Assembly (NCBI RefSeq): GCF_036321535.1
Contig: NC_087437.1
Span: 57,166,001 to 57,230,000, forward strand
Length of the DNA stretch: 64,000 nt
Direction: 5' to 3'
From: Camelus dromedarius
Taxonomy: Eukaryota
Below are positions 1 to 12,515 of this stretch, piece by piece. The position numbers and the translations under genes were made by a program. Under the pieces are notes generated by a model that worked only from the letters and a program-made list of their open reading frames with translations, searched no databases and was not told where the DNA came from. The stretch's first letter is position 1. Every line of letters starts with the position of its first letter.

Positions 1-790
1 GGAAATGGACTAAAGTAATAAAAATGGACAAAAGAAATAGATCTACAGGTGATCTGTAGAAGTTATCAGGTAACTATTTTAGAACAACTGTGATTAATAT
101 GTTCAAGGAAAAGATGTTTAGAACTTTTACCAGAAAACTGGAAGCTCTTAAAAGAATTGATTGGAAATTACAGACTTAAAAATACAACTGTTGGAACAAT
201 AGTTGGAACATCTTAATGGGTAGATAACTATTCTAGAGAGTGCTGCCCAAAATGGTTGACACTAAAGACATTTGACTATTGAGCATTAGAAAGTGGCTAT
301 TTCAATTTGAGATGTGCTGTGAGCAGGAAGTACACATTGGATTGCAAAGATTTTGCACAAAAATAATGAAAAAATCTCATTAATATTGTTATATTTATTA
401 TTAAAATGAAACTATTTGGGGTTAAATACAATACATTAATAAAATTAATTTTAACTTTCTTTTTTTGCTTTTTAAAATGTAGCTAATAGAGAATTTAAAA
501 TTACATATGTGACTGGAATTATATTTCTTTTGGACAATACTTATTTAAAGGATAGAGTTACAGAAAATAACTAGACTGATGCAGGTAGAGAGAAAAAAAT
601 AGAAAAATCTAAATGATTTTTCCTAAAAGATTTTATCTATAAGATACATATGGGACATGAAATAAATGTCAAAATGCATGTAATTGGAAATTCTAGACTG
701 GTAAATGAGAGAGTAAAAAATGGTGCAGAAACAATACTTGAATAGATAATGACTGAGAGTTTTCCAAAACTGGTGAAAGAAATTTTAGAA
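1..790 (+). mobile_element. Ancient LINE-1 (L1M-type) ORF1 region remnant, interrupted by MER33
   Basis: A-rich sequence with L1 ORF1 hallmarks (attaatatgttcaagg; atgtaattgga; gcagaaacaatacttgaatagataatgactgagagttttccaaaactggtgaaaga). No open frame. Confidence 0.75.
238..542 (-). mobile_element. MER33-like hAT-Charlie non-autonomous DNA transposon
   Basis: Reverse complement follows the remembered MER33 consensus end to end (ctattgagca...aatttgagatgtgctgt...aatttaaaattacatatgtgact...ttggacaatac). Flanks ttctagag and atttaaag resemble a degenerate Charlie 8-bp TSD. Confidence 0.85.
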
Positions 791-795
791 TCAAA

Positions 796-972
796 GACAT
801 GATGCTGTATATAGAAACCCTAAAGGCCCCCCCACAAAAACTACTTGAGCTGATAAAAGAATCTGGCAAAGTAGCAGGATACAAGATTAACATGCAGAAA
901 TCAGCTGCATTTCTTTACACTAACAATGAAATATGAAAGTGAAAAAATAATCCCTTTTAAAATTGCATCAAA
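796..972 (+). mobile_element. Isolated LINE-1 ORF2 reverse-transcriptase fragment
   Basis: From 796 it translates as [46 protein letters not shown], matching the L1 RT segment that begins at the end of the FADD motif. Confidence 0.9.
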
Positions 973-1799
973 TCAGTTATTTCCAGTTCAAAATAATTTC
1001 TGTCAACTAAACTCCACTTGAGCTTTTCCAAAGTTTTCCTGAAAATGTCCATATGGATACAAGAAAAGAAGAAATTGATATAGTTTACACAAATCAGATG
1101 CACAATGCCAGCTTCCTGACAAAATTAACACAAAATATGAAGTAGCCAGAGCTTGAAAATTCCTACCAGAGCTTTAATAAATGGTCTAAGTCAACAGTTT
1201 CTTCAGACTGAAACTGAAAATAGTATGAAAATTCTGTTCTTTCCTCAGAAGATAGAATAAATCCAGTAATAATAACACAAGAAACTAGGAGTCTATTTCT
1301 CCCTTCCCTACTGGTAAACTATTTTGTTAGGGATTATGGCCTGCTTCTGTATTCTACACTGAGGAAAAAATTAAGTGTATATAGTTCATAAGAGTTTGCC
1401 TGAAGGAAACAATGTTTGTCCCTGAGGAATATATCTTTAAGCCTGAAATTCAGGGTCTTGAGTATCTCAAAAAGAGCAGAGGCCTTTTCAGAAGTTTCTC
1501 AAATAACCACCCGTGTGCCTATTCCACTGACTTTGACGGATGCCAGTCTCAGAAACAGGAAGCTTACACCCAACAAACTGATACACTATAACATTGATTA
1601 TTCTGGTTATATATTTGGTTAATGACTAGTGTTGGATATATTTTTACTTTTTAGAAATAAGTTGTGGTATAGATTTTTATGATTGTTTTGTATTATTATA
1701 TGGTTACTTTTATTATTTCAGTTGCTCTGGATACTTACATTGTATTGGATGAGTTAAAATTAATGTTCTCTTCCAAAATTCTTTCTGCTGCCTATTGGT

Positions 1800-1916
1800 C
1801 TACAAAGACTGAGTTTCCTAGGGCAGGGGTCACGTGTGAATCATCTGTTTCTTCATTGCTTAGCTTAGTGCCTAACAATAGCAGATACTGAGGAGCTGTT
1901 TGAAGAATAAATAAAT
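1800..1916 (+). mobile_element. L2 LINE 3' end fragment
   Basis: gagtttcctagggcagggg...cttagtgcctaaca...tgtttgaagaataaataaat resembles the L2 3' terminus. Confidence 0.65.
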
Positions 1917-2182
1917 TATATGTTGTGATGATTGGCTGTGACATGACTCATTGCTTTGATATTATAGATGGTATCTTAGTAAATTACTTTGCAATAAATA
2001 GAAATTAAGGATATAGACAATGGTATATCTATAGCTACATTAATACCACATAACTTTTTGAAAGGCCCTGCTCACTGGCATTAGTGCTACGAAAGAATTT
2101 TGGTCAGTCTCTGGGTTGTTGATATTAGGATTAGATCTCAAATAACTGTTTTATATTGATAGTCTTTATTTTTCATTTATAG

Positions 2183-2825
2183 ACCGCTTAAGAAAATACA
2201 TTGATACCAAGAGGAGAAAAGGACACAGGAATTCCAAAACACTGGTCAATACCAAAGCAGTTGACTGCTTTGACATTAGTATTTTTATGACAGTTATCTT
2301 GGTAGTAACCTATTGTCATATTCTAGTCCCTTTGCAAGGAAAACATCATTTAATTTATTGTGGAATTTAAAAGAATATTTACAGATCCGAACAGATGTTT
2401 AAGTGCTAAGAGAAAAAACGTTTGGAATATTTTTAGATGTAATTAACACAGCACGTGTTATGACTAATTTGTACCTTTAAAAATTGCTTACAGCAGTTTT
2501 CTTTTTTAGAAACAATTTGACCTTGAATAACACAATTTTGGAAGGGGGTATATAAAACCTTTGAACTAGGGTCAGATTTAATACTGGGTTTCTCTACACT
2601 TTTTTTTTTTTTTTTTTTTGCTGTACAAAAAAATTTACTTTCAAAAATTAAGACATTTTATCATAAAAGCAATTTATAACCAAAGTTTAAGATCTTCTAG
2701 ATAATTAAGCAGATAATTAATTTTAAGTCAATTATTTTTAATAATAATAATTATTAAAAGTAAGCATTTAAATTCTCACTGATGCTCTAGTATATTGAAA
2801 AATAAACATTTAAGATTTCTTATCC
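2183..2825 (+). other. Candidate terminal exon / 3' UTR of an unidentified upstream gene
   Basis: U-rich acceptor (ctttatttttcatttatag at 2164-2182), then either xPLKKIH-stop (TGA 2202-2204) or a longer open frame. Unique AU-rich sequence follows, with AATAAA at 2801-2806 and a downstream U/GU-rich tract. No homology recognised. Confidence 0.3.
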
Positions 2826-3046
2826 AAACATAGCTTATTGTTCTTTTTCTGCTTTATCATATGTACTTAGATGTAATTGCTGCCTTGTGTTGTGACAGAA
2901 GGCTATTAGAATTATAAGTCAGTGCATTCTTTGCATTGTCCCAGATATCTAAATGTCACTTTTGATGTGTTCTAGTTAAGAGGAATTCATAAAATAAGGT
3001 ATAAATCAAACTGATTTCCCAAGCAGATGACTGATGCTTTAAAAAC

Positions 3047-3870
3047 ATTCATTCATTCATTCATTCATTCATTCAATAAGCATTTACTGAGTACCTGTTA
3101 CGTGCCAAATACTCTTCTAGGCACTGGGAATATAAAGCAAAATAATGTCTCTAACTTTCAGGTGCCACCAGTATAGAGGGTGAGAAAAAAAAATTATTGT
3201 ACTATAATGTGGAAAGTGTAATGACAGGTATATGCATAGAGTATTACGGAAATATAGAAATCAAATAACGCATTCAGATTTGGTGATCATGGATAGGAAG
3301 AATATTTAGGAGAAAATAATTCTTGAAAAGTCTTAAACGATAAGTGAAACTTAGATTATGGTTTAAAGGAGAAAGATGTTCTGGGAAGAAGACTAATACG
3401 AGCAATGACCGAGAAGCTGGAAGCGATACAATTGCAGAAAGAGCTGTATGTAACACATATGCTGAGGGTATTAGTCAAAGCAGAGAGAAACTAATAATAA
3501 AGCTAGCAGTAGGCAGGGCCAGACCGAGAAGAGCCTACAAGGCAAATTAAAGAGAAAATTGAACTTGTAAGTAATTTGAAGCCACTGAGCCGTAATCAGT
3601 GGGAGAATCAGGTGGTAAATTTTTGATTACAGATAGAAAATTCTGGAGGAGTATGGAAAATGGTTTGCAATGAACAAGCTTGGAAGCTCTCAGAACATTT
3701 GCAGTAAGCGTGTGAAGGGTAATGAGAGTGGTGACAGGAACTGAGAGGAGGAAACAGATCTGAGAAATATTTTGCTAGTAAAATAAGAAGTGCATGATTA
3801 TTTGGAGAGGGAGGGGGCAAACGTGAGTTTCAGATTGGTATCTTTGGAAACTGGATGAATGATTATGCTA
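3047..3870 (-). mobile_element. L2 LINE 3' part with (ATTC)n tail
   Basis: (ATTC)n at about 3047-3076 followed by aataagcatttactgagtacctgttacgtgcca...ctaggcactggg, then a degenerate L2 body. Confidence 0.85.
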
Positions 3871-4249
3871 AAGTATCTACTTTACTCCAAGTTTAATTCA
3901 AGGATTAGAAATTGGTACCGCCAGGTGAAAAGAGGCTTGCTACTCGCCGAAATCAAGACAGTTATCACAAGAGCAATTGAAAATCAGGGCAAAGTTTCAG
4001 ATCTTACAAGTAATTAAGCTTAATTACTTAAAAGTTCAGAAATTTTTATCTTCATCCAAATAAACATCAAAGTCCTGTCTGAAGCTCTAGTATACAGAAA
4101 AGGCATATTTTATGTTACCTACAAATGTAGGTTATTGCTATTCTGTAATCCTAAATACAGTTGTTGCCTTACGCTTGAGATCTGTAAAGTAAAGTTAATA
4201 AATGGTTAATAATTATTAAAAGCTTATACTTTGCAGGATTTTTATTATT

Positions 4250-4355
4250 TAAACATCAATATAATTGAGTGTATACTATGTGTCAGACACTGTGCTATGT
4301 GCCAAAAAGTTACGGGAGAAACACACAATCCCTGATTACAAAGAGTTGTTTTAGC
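4250..4355 (-). mobile_element. L2 3' end fragment
   Basis: attgagtgtatactatgtgtcagacactgtgcta...atccctg matches the L2 terminus. Confidence 0.65.
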
Positions 4356-5074
4356 TGAAAGATGGATTTTGAAATAGATTTTGTAACATTAAAAATACCT
4401 TTGATGGGATGCTGTGCTTACAGAAAATGCTGTATCTCAATCCATCAGTAATCATAAAATGCAAATTACCTTCAGGAGGAATATGCTAGTGCTCAGTTAT
4501 CAGTCTAAATTGTATTGAAAGTGCTATTTACTTGTATTTGTAGACAATGGTCAACTTTTGAATCATTTATGAGACCTGAAATGTAACTCCATATGTTAAT
4601 AAGAGTTCACTGCTACCAGTGAGCAGAGTAAGACTAGTTTGTGTGTTTTCTTTACCTACAGTTTCTCACTCAAAATACCTTTGTGGAATAATTAAAGGCT
4701 ATAAAGATACAGACTTAGGCTCTGAACAGTTTCTGTTCATGCTACTGATGCAATTGAAACTCTGAAAAAAATACATCGTTACAGAAAAGTCTGTTTGTTT
4801 TTGAGTCCAGTACTCAAAATATCAGTTTTTCATATTCTAGTTGTTCCCAGTAATTGAGCAATCAGGGATGTACCCTCAAGATATTTATTTTACAGATGTC
4901 TTTAAAATACAAAGGGATTGTAGAAACTTTGGATGAAAATCTTGAATCAATGAGTTAAAAATAAGTAAGATGTAATGAATTAATCTGACTTATTCTCTGA
5001 GTAACAGTTAATTTAATTGTCATAATCAATGAGTCAGAAAGAACATTATGGATTATTTAGCAAAATTTAAAACC

Positions 5075-5175
5075 ATCATTTATTTTTAAGGAATGTAAGG
5101 TTCAGAGACATTTTTTAAGTAATAGATTTCCCAGGGTCAGACAACCAGATGAAAGAAAATAACAACTTGAAACCA
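5075..5175 (-). mobile_element. MIR SINE fragment
   Basis: aaggttcagagac...ttcccagggtcagacaacc...acttgaaacc resembles the MIR core. Confidence 0.55.
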
Positions 5176-5203
5176 TTTTTTTTTTTAAGTCATGTGTATT
5201 GAG

Positions 5204-5512
5204 GGTTGACCTAAAATAAATAAACTGCCAGTTATTTCTCTAGCAAATGGGGGTTTATTTGAGGTCAGCAAAGAACTGCAGCTTAGGGTTTGCAACCAAG
5301 GTGAGCCACATGAAAGTACCCTTCCCCGCACAGGAAGGGAAGGAGAACTCCACTATAGAGGGGAAAAATAAGTTGAGAGGGCTACAGTGGAAAAGAGTCC
5401 ATGGCTTTTCATTGGCTGAGTTGTTGCCAGGAAAGAAGAGGTCTTTCTTCTTCCTGTTGAATTTAGCTATCCTTGCATGGTGAGAGATTCCCCTTCTGGT
5501 TTCCTGATTTCC
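5204..5512 (-). mobile_element. ERV1-class LTR, 3' part (truncated by the adjacent L1)
   Basis: Minus strand reads AATAAA (5254-5259)...ttgctagagaaataactggcagtttatttattttaggtcaac, typical of MER34/MER39-like LTR ends. Exact family uncertain. Confidence 0.65.
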
Positions 5513-6281
5513 TTTTTTTTTTTTTTTTTTTTTTAACATTTTTTATTGATTTATAATCATTTTACAGTGTTGTGTCAAGTGTCCAGTGTAGAGCACAATT
5601 TTTCAGTTATGCATGAACATATATATATTCATTGTCACATTTTTTTCTCAGTGAGCTACCATAAGATCTTGTATGCATTTCCCTGTGCTATATACCATAT
5701 AATCTTGTTTATCTATCCTACAATTTTGAAGTCCCAGTCTATCCCTTCTCACGCCCCACCCCCTTGGCAACCCACAAGTTTGTATTCTATGTCTATGGGT
5801 CTATTTCTGTTTTGTATTTATGCTTTGTTTTGTTTTGTTTTGTTTTAGATTCCACATATGAGTGATCTCATATGGTATTTTTCTTTCTCTTTCTGGCTTA
5901 CTTCACTTAGGATGACATTCTCCAGGAGCATCCATGTTGCTACAAATGGCATTATGTTGTCAGTTTTTATGGCTGAATAGTATTCCATTGTATAAATATA
6001 CCACTTCTTCTTTATCCAGTCATCTGTAGATGGACATTTAGGCTGTTTCCATGTCTTGGCTATTGTAAATACTGCTGCTATGAACACTGGGTGCAGGTGT
6101 TATTTTGAAGTAGGGTTCCTTCTGGATATATGCCCAGGAGCGGGATTCCTGGCTCATATGGTAAGTCTATTCCTAGTCTTTTCAGGCATCTCCATACTGT
6201 TCTCCACAGTGGCTGCACCAAGCTACATTCCCACCAGCAGTGTGGGAGGGTTCCCTTTTCTCCACAGCCTCTCCAGCATTT
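5513..6281 (-). mobile_element. Young camelid-type LINE-1, 5'-truncated (ORF2 C-terminus, 3' UTR, polyA)
   Basis: PolyT at 5513-5534. ORF 5845-6087 encodes MFIAAVFTIAKTWKQPKCPSTDDWIKK...ILSEVSQKEKEKYHMRSLICGI, the L1 ORF2p C-terminus. Very similar to the copy at 58184-58680. Confidence 0.97.
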
Positions 6282-6455
6282 GGATGACTGTAGTTTTGAC
6301 TACAGTAGATCTTTGCATCAAGCAATGTGAGTTTTCCAACTCTGTTCTTCAATATTATTTTGCCTATTCAAGATCATTAGCATTTACACATAAATTTTAG
6401 AACAATCTCATCAATTGCCACCAAAAGAAAACCAGTGGGATTATGATGTGGATTA

Positions 6456-6676
6456 CAGTTGATACTTAAACAACATGATTTGAACTACATGGGTCCACTT
6501 TACACAGGTATTTTTCACCAAAAATGTTACTACAGTAGTACACATAGTTCTGTGATCCAGAGTTGGTTTAATCCATGGATGAAGAACTATGGATACAGAC
6601 TGTAACGTTATATGCAGATTTTTGCCTGCGTGGAGGGTTGGCGCCCCTAACTCCTGCATTATTCAAAGGTCAACTG
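6456..6676 (+). mobile_element. Tigger2-family MITE (MER8/Tigger2a-like)
   Basis: TIRs cagttgatacttaaacaac...ttattcaaaggtcaactg with TA duplications at 6454-6455 and 6677-6678. Strand label is relative to the remembered consensus. Confidence 0.9.
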
Positions 6677-9600
6677 TATTTTGGATGTATAAATCAATTT
6701 GGAGAGAATTGGAGTTTTAACAAGTGCTTTGTAGCTTTCAGTATACAAATCTTACACATTTTACACTTATTTGTCCTTAAGTATTTATGGTTTTTATGCT
6801 ATTGTAAATAGTATTTAAAATTTAATTTTTGATGCTAGTTATTAGAAAGACAACAGAATTTAGTATATTTACTTTTATTCTATTAACTACTGGAGCTGGA
6901 TCTAATAGCTTATTTTGGAAATTCCTTCAAGTTTTAAAAAATATAATTTATGGATAAATATAGTTTTGTTTTTGTCTTACCAATCTATATACTACCCCCC
7001 CCCTTTTTTTTTTTTTGCCTCTTGCACTGACTAGGACCTTAAGTGTGATGCCAAGCGAGAGTGATGAGAAGATACATTCTTGCATTTTTCCCAGTTTTAG
7101 GGAGAAAGCGTTCAGTCCTTAACCACTAAGGATGGTGTTAGTTGCAGGTTTTTAATAAATACTCTTTATCCTGGAGGCAGTTTCCTTCTATCCCTGGCTT
7201 GCTGAAAGGTTTTATCAGTAATGAACAGTGCATGTTAACAAATGCTTTTCCTGTATCTATTGAGATGATCATACGGGTTTCTCTTTTAGTGTGTTAATAT
7301 GGTGAATTTGATTTTTTGAATGCTGTCCTAAACTTTGATTTCTTAGATAACACTAATTGTTCATGATGATCATCCTTTCTAGATATCCTTTTATTTGATT
7401 ACTAGTATCTTATTATAGCTACTGTTTACAGGTTTGTTAGGGATTTCTGCCTATAGTTTCCTTTTCTTTAATATGCTAGGCTGGTTTTGGAATCGGGGTA
7501 ATATTGGCCTCATAAAAGTAATTGGGAAATGTTTCATCCTCTTCTATATTAAGGAAAATTTTGTGTAGAGTTGGTGTCATATCTTTTGTAAATGTTTCCT
7601 AATCTTTGGGTATTTTCCAGATGTATTTCTGTTATTGATGTTCAGTTTAATTACATTTTGGTGAAATAAAGCAGTTTGTATTTCAATTATTTTAAATTTT
7701 TTGTGGTTTGTTTCATGACACAGGATATCTATCCTTTCTCCTTGTGAGTGTTCCATGTGCACTTGCTCATGGTAGAGTGCTCAACAAATGTCAATTTGGT
7801 CAAATTTCTTGGTACTGTCTTTCAGATCATTGATAGTCTTAATAGATTTTTCTGTTTTTTCTATCAAATACTAAGAGAGTAGTTTTGAAGCTTCCAATTA
7901 TAATTGTGAAGTTATCTTTCTCACTTGTTCTTGAAATTATGCAGTTTGATAAATGCAAAAACAATTATAATGTCATCTTAATGAATTGCCTTTTTATCAT
8001 AATAATATTTCTGATATTCCTACTTTGGCATTCATATAGTCACTTCAGCCTTTTTTATTAGTGTTTGTTTATATATTGTGTATATTTTCCAATCCTTTTC
8101 CTTGCAACCTATTTATATCTTTTTATTTAAAGTAACATAGATTTATTGTAAGCAGTATAGATTTGAATATTGCTTTTTTATGCACTCTGACAACTTCTGT
8201 CTAATTGAAGTGTTTGCACCATTTACACTGAGAATTATTTAACATGTTAGATTTAAATTTACCATCTTGGTAGTTGTTTTCTATTTGTCCCATTTTTTTC
8301 TTCATACTTTTTAATAATCTTTTTCTACCTTCTGCTAAATTGAGTATTACTTATAATTCAGTTTTAACTACGCTATTGACCTATTCAGTTATATTTTTTA
8401 AAAAATACTCTTTTAGTGGTTGCTCTCAGGTTTGTGATATATTTATTTAATTTACCACAATCTAAAGTAAAATAATATATTTTTTGAATAGCGTTTAAGT
8501 ACTTTACAAGAAGCACTGCTTCATTTCTCCCATTCTTTGTGTGATTACTGTTATATCTTTATTTCTATATATGAAGTTCATGATGAATTGTAAGGTCTTT
8601 TATCTTACAGGCTGTTATCTCTTAAAACAATTAGCACAATTTTTACTATTTCTGGTCCTCTACCTTTATGTGGATCAAAATTTCTGTTGCTATTATACTT
8701 CAGACTGAAGAAATTTCTTTAACATTTTCTATTGTTAAGGACTGCTAGTAATGGATAATTCAGCTTTCATTTATCTGAAATTTCTTAATTTTGTCATTCC
8801 TGAAAAATATTTCTCTTGTGTATAGGATTGGGTTATTATTTTTTCCTTCAATAATTTCAAGATGTAGAGTTTTTTTCTTTCAATAATTTAAAGATGTTGA
8901 ACCACTGTCTTTTGAGTTTCATAGCTATTATAAGATGTCTTGTAATTCTTGACCTTTTTTTGTGTATATATATGTATATTATATGTATTTGTATTTTGTA
9001 TATATATATTTGTGTGTATATATACATAATTTCTTTTTTCTATAGTGCCTTTAAATTTTCCTTTTCAATTTTGGTTTTCAGTACTTTGACTATGATGCAT
9101 CTTCTTTTTTCTTCTTTTTTTAATGTGTTCTGCTTGTAGTTCTCTGAGCTTCTTAAATCTGTGTTTTATTGCCTTTTGTTAATTTTAGAAAATTTCCTAC
9201 TGTCATCTGTCCAAATATTTCTTCAGTCCTTTTCTTTTCTTTTTTATTCTGGAATTCCACTCACATATGTGTTAGGCTAATACTGTCCTACAGCTCCTAG
9301 ATGATCCGTTTTCTCCTACTCTTTTTTTCTCTGTTTTTCATATGGATAATTTCCATTGACCTTTATTAGAGTTCACTAATTCTGTCCTCAAGGGAACTTA
9401 TTTCTGCTATTATGGTTTTAATATCTAGCATTTCCACTTCAATATATTTTATAGTTTCCATTTCTTTGCTGAAATTCTCTGTTTATGCATGTTGTCCAGC
9501 TAGAATCTTTGACATGTTAATCATAGTAAATTTAAATTTCCTATCTGGTAGTTCAAACATCTGGTTCATCTAAGGCATAATTTATTGATTATGCTACCCC

Positions 9601-10777
9601 TTAACAGTAGACTTTTTTATTTTCTTGCTTTTTGTGGTGTCATATGATTAGTGACTGAATGCCATACAGTGTGTAAAGAAGATTCATTGCAATTGAGTAA
9701 TATTTATGTCAGAAATGGGCACACCTCTGCTTTCAGGCTGCTGGTGTGGAGGGTTGAGTCAGTCTAGTCAATAGCTGAGTAAGGTTTGAGTTTCACTGTT
9801 TCCTTGTTTCTACAGGCTTTGATTTCCTCTAGTGGAGGCCTGCTGTTATCTTGTGGTTATCTTGTGCTGTGCCATTACCTTGTAGGAGCTCGGTGCTGGC
9901 ACATTTTTCGTTATATTCCTGTGCTACTTTCAGCTTTCAGAAGTTTCTGCTCATCAAGAAGGGGTCACTTTCCATGCATTTGCTCCCGCCCTGGTGGTGG
10001 ACTGTTGTTGACTGCTACTCAGTGTTAGGCCTATGCTGGGAACAGGGGCTGTTCTCAGTTCTCTAGGTCCAGCCTCACTCTTGGGTGGGGCCTGTGTACT
10101 TGGGTGTTGGGAATAGGACCTCTTGGTGTTCCTATTCCTCTTACAAATGACAGCCAAACTCTGCTTTGTGCCTGTGACGAGACTGAGCTTGGAGAGCTTC
10201 CTTTCCTTCCCTCGGTAGTGGCACACCTCTGATTTGTGCCAGTGCATTATCCTGGTACCAACAGTTTTCTGTCCCTCTCCAGAGTTAGACAGTATTTGCT
10301 TCTACACATCCCAATCTTTGCATTGTATTTGAGGAAAGAATATTATTTAATGCCTGTCCTCCTCCATGTTTTAAGTTGTTGTTGTTGTTATTATTGTGTT
10401 TATTTTTGTTTTTGCTGTGTATGTAAGTAGTACTTTGTGCTTATTCTGCAGCAGCAGCCAATCACCCCTGTATGTCTGTGACAGGACAGGGCTTTCTTCA
10501 GTCTCTTGTTCTGCCCCTCCATTTCATCCGGATACCCATGGAGGCTTATTTGTTTCTGAGACTCCCACACCTAGCCTTATGAAGTCTTTAAAATTTAATG
10601 GATTTGTTTTTTCCTACTCCTGTGCTACCGTTACTGCCAAAGGTGAACGTTCCTGTGGTGCCATCTCTACTCAGAGGGGCTTATTCTCTTTAGAATTCAG
10701 TTCCTTTGTGTCCACTTGGTCAAGTTGTGACCTAAGGTCCGTGACAGGTTCAAGAAAAATTATATATTTTCACATTT

Positions 10778-11010
10778 CAGTTGACTCTTTAACAATAGTG
10801 CAGAATTTAGAGGTACCAACATCCCTCCCCACCACATAGAGTTGAAAATTCCCATACAGCTTTATAAACAGCCCTCTTGACTGGGCTGTTCCTCATTCAT
10901 GGAGTCAATGAACTGTGGATTGTGTAGTACTGTTGTAGGTGTTTATTTTAAAAAATTCACATCTAAGTGGACCTGTGCAGTTCAAACCTGTGTTGTTCAA
11001 GGGTCATCTG
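10778..11010 (-). mobile_element. Tigger2-family MITE (MER8/Tigger2a-like), opposite orientation to the 6456 copy
   Basis: cagttgactctttaacaa...aagtggacctgtgcagttcaaacctgtgttgttcaagggtcatctg followed by TA. Confidence 0.88.
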
Positions 11011-12329
11011 TATGTGGGTTTTTCTCATTGTTAGTGTGGAAGGGACTCTCTCTTGCAGATTTCTTTATCCTAAGCTGAAGTAGAATCTGAATCTCTGAGT
11101 CTTGCAGGTGTAAGTTTTTTGAGGAAAAACTATTGAGAAATCTTTTCATACTTTTCTACGTATACTTGATTGACATTTAGGAAAATATAAAGCGATAGAA
11201 AATGGTACATTGTTTACAGCATTGTCCTCAATACTATAAAAATCAAGCAAACTAAGAAACAAAAAACAACAACAAAAACAAAGCAAATGAAATACTGTAC
11301 TACCTGGTCAAATTAACTTGGGAAATATCCACTTCACCAAAGTTCAGTGAATGTACAGGTTTATGATTATTCCATTGTGTTGCATTTTAGGCTTTTAAGC
11401 TTATATTTTCAATACATAAGATAGGAAATGGTTTATTATATTTTTTCTTCTATTCATGCAAAGTCCATTTAAGAATACTAACATATTCTGTATTCATGTT
11501 TTTTGAACTCCTTAATTTTTAATTGTGTGTGTATGGTGGGGATGAGGGTGGTATGAGTGTGCATAAAACATGATGGGAAAAATACACTGCAGTGAAAAGA
11601 AATTTGGATTAAGTAGTTGGAGACCAAGAGTTTGATCCTATGTCCTAGGTTATTGCTTTGCGAGCTTTGGTTTATTGTAGCTTTTAATAATTCTATGTGT
11701 TAAAGGAAATGTTGGATAAAATTACAGAAACTTCTGTTTCAATTCTGAAATTCTAATGGACTTGGGCTTACAATCCAAGCAACATTTACCTCAGGGTCTT
11801 CCTAGGGATAATGTCCTGAGTCATGGAAATAGCCTGCCTCACCAATTAAATAAATTTGCCTAATAGTTTATATAAATTCTGAGGTGGAGAATATTAATCT
11901 GAGGCTCCCTCGGATCTGCTTTTATAAGTTTTTCTCCTTGTAAAATCCAAGTCCTAGTACCTCTTTTCTAGTTCAGTCCCCATCCACTCACCAAAATACA
12001 GGTGAATTTAAGTACTTTAAAAACAATCTAGATGCATAATTGTCTAAGTAAAGGGAGGCTGGAGAGTCTGTTTGTAGTAATTTCCCCACTCACTAATTAT
12101 GTACAGTTAATTCAGAGAGAATAAAAATGGAAAAAGTTCAAGGTTCACAAAATATCTTCAAGTAGGTTCTTGTTTCAATTTCAGAAAACTGCATAATTTT
12201 AAATTATTAAACACTTGTTAAATGCTCAGAAGCAGCTCAGAGAATATGAGGAAGTAGGCCCTTTGCACTTTAGTGTAAGTGGAAAGGACATGGTGTATTT
12301 GTGACCCAGAAAAATGGCTCATGGCAGAG

Positions 12330-12515
12330 CTTCTCTTCTTAACTAGCTGTGTGATGTGATCTTGGATGAGTTCACGTTCCTCTCTTCTCAATTTAAGTTC
12401 TCTCATCTGTATGAACTGAAAATAATAATCTTTCCTCCCAGATTGTTGTGAGTATTATTTTAAATAGCAGGTGGAAAGCCTTAATAGTGCCTGGAGCATA
12501 AGGTGGTGTTGAATC
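12330..12515 (+). mobile_element. MIR SINE
   Basis: actagctgtgtgat...cttggatgagtt...ttctctcatctgta...gattgttgtgag...aaagccttaatagtgcctgg. Confidence 0.8.

Larger units (their letters stand above)
6282..11090 (-). mobile_element. Ancient L1M element: fragmented ORF2, ORF1 and 5' UTR
   Basis: Collinear antisense L1 motifs (ttagggagaaagcgttcagtc; tctattgagatgatcata; ggcctcataaaagtaattggga; tctctgagcttcttaaatctgtg; atttccattgacct), then a GC-richer 5' UTR-like part at about 9650-11090. Confidence 0.85.

Noticed and set aside
2600..2660. PolyT(20) with a minus-strand AGTAAA nearby as a retrocopy tail
   Set aside because: No TSD and no recognisable parent sequence. A simple homopolymer is sufficient.
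4640..4970. Acceptor-like sites at 4660 and 4895 (+) and near 4762 (-)
   Set aside because: The frames close quickly and no consistent exon chain could be built.
5845..6087. 80-aa ORF (and similar ORFs at 47655-47840 and 58563-58787) as protein-coding genes
   Set aside because: They are the C-terminus of L1 ORF2p, or frames overlapping it, in 5'-truncated insertions.
10396..10839. 147-aa ORF
   Set aside because: It lies antisense in an old L1 5' UTR, runs into a Tigger MITE and has no recognisable domain.
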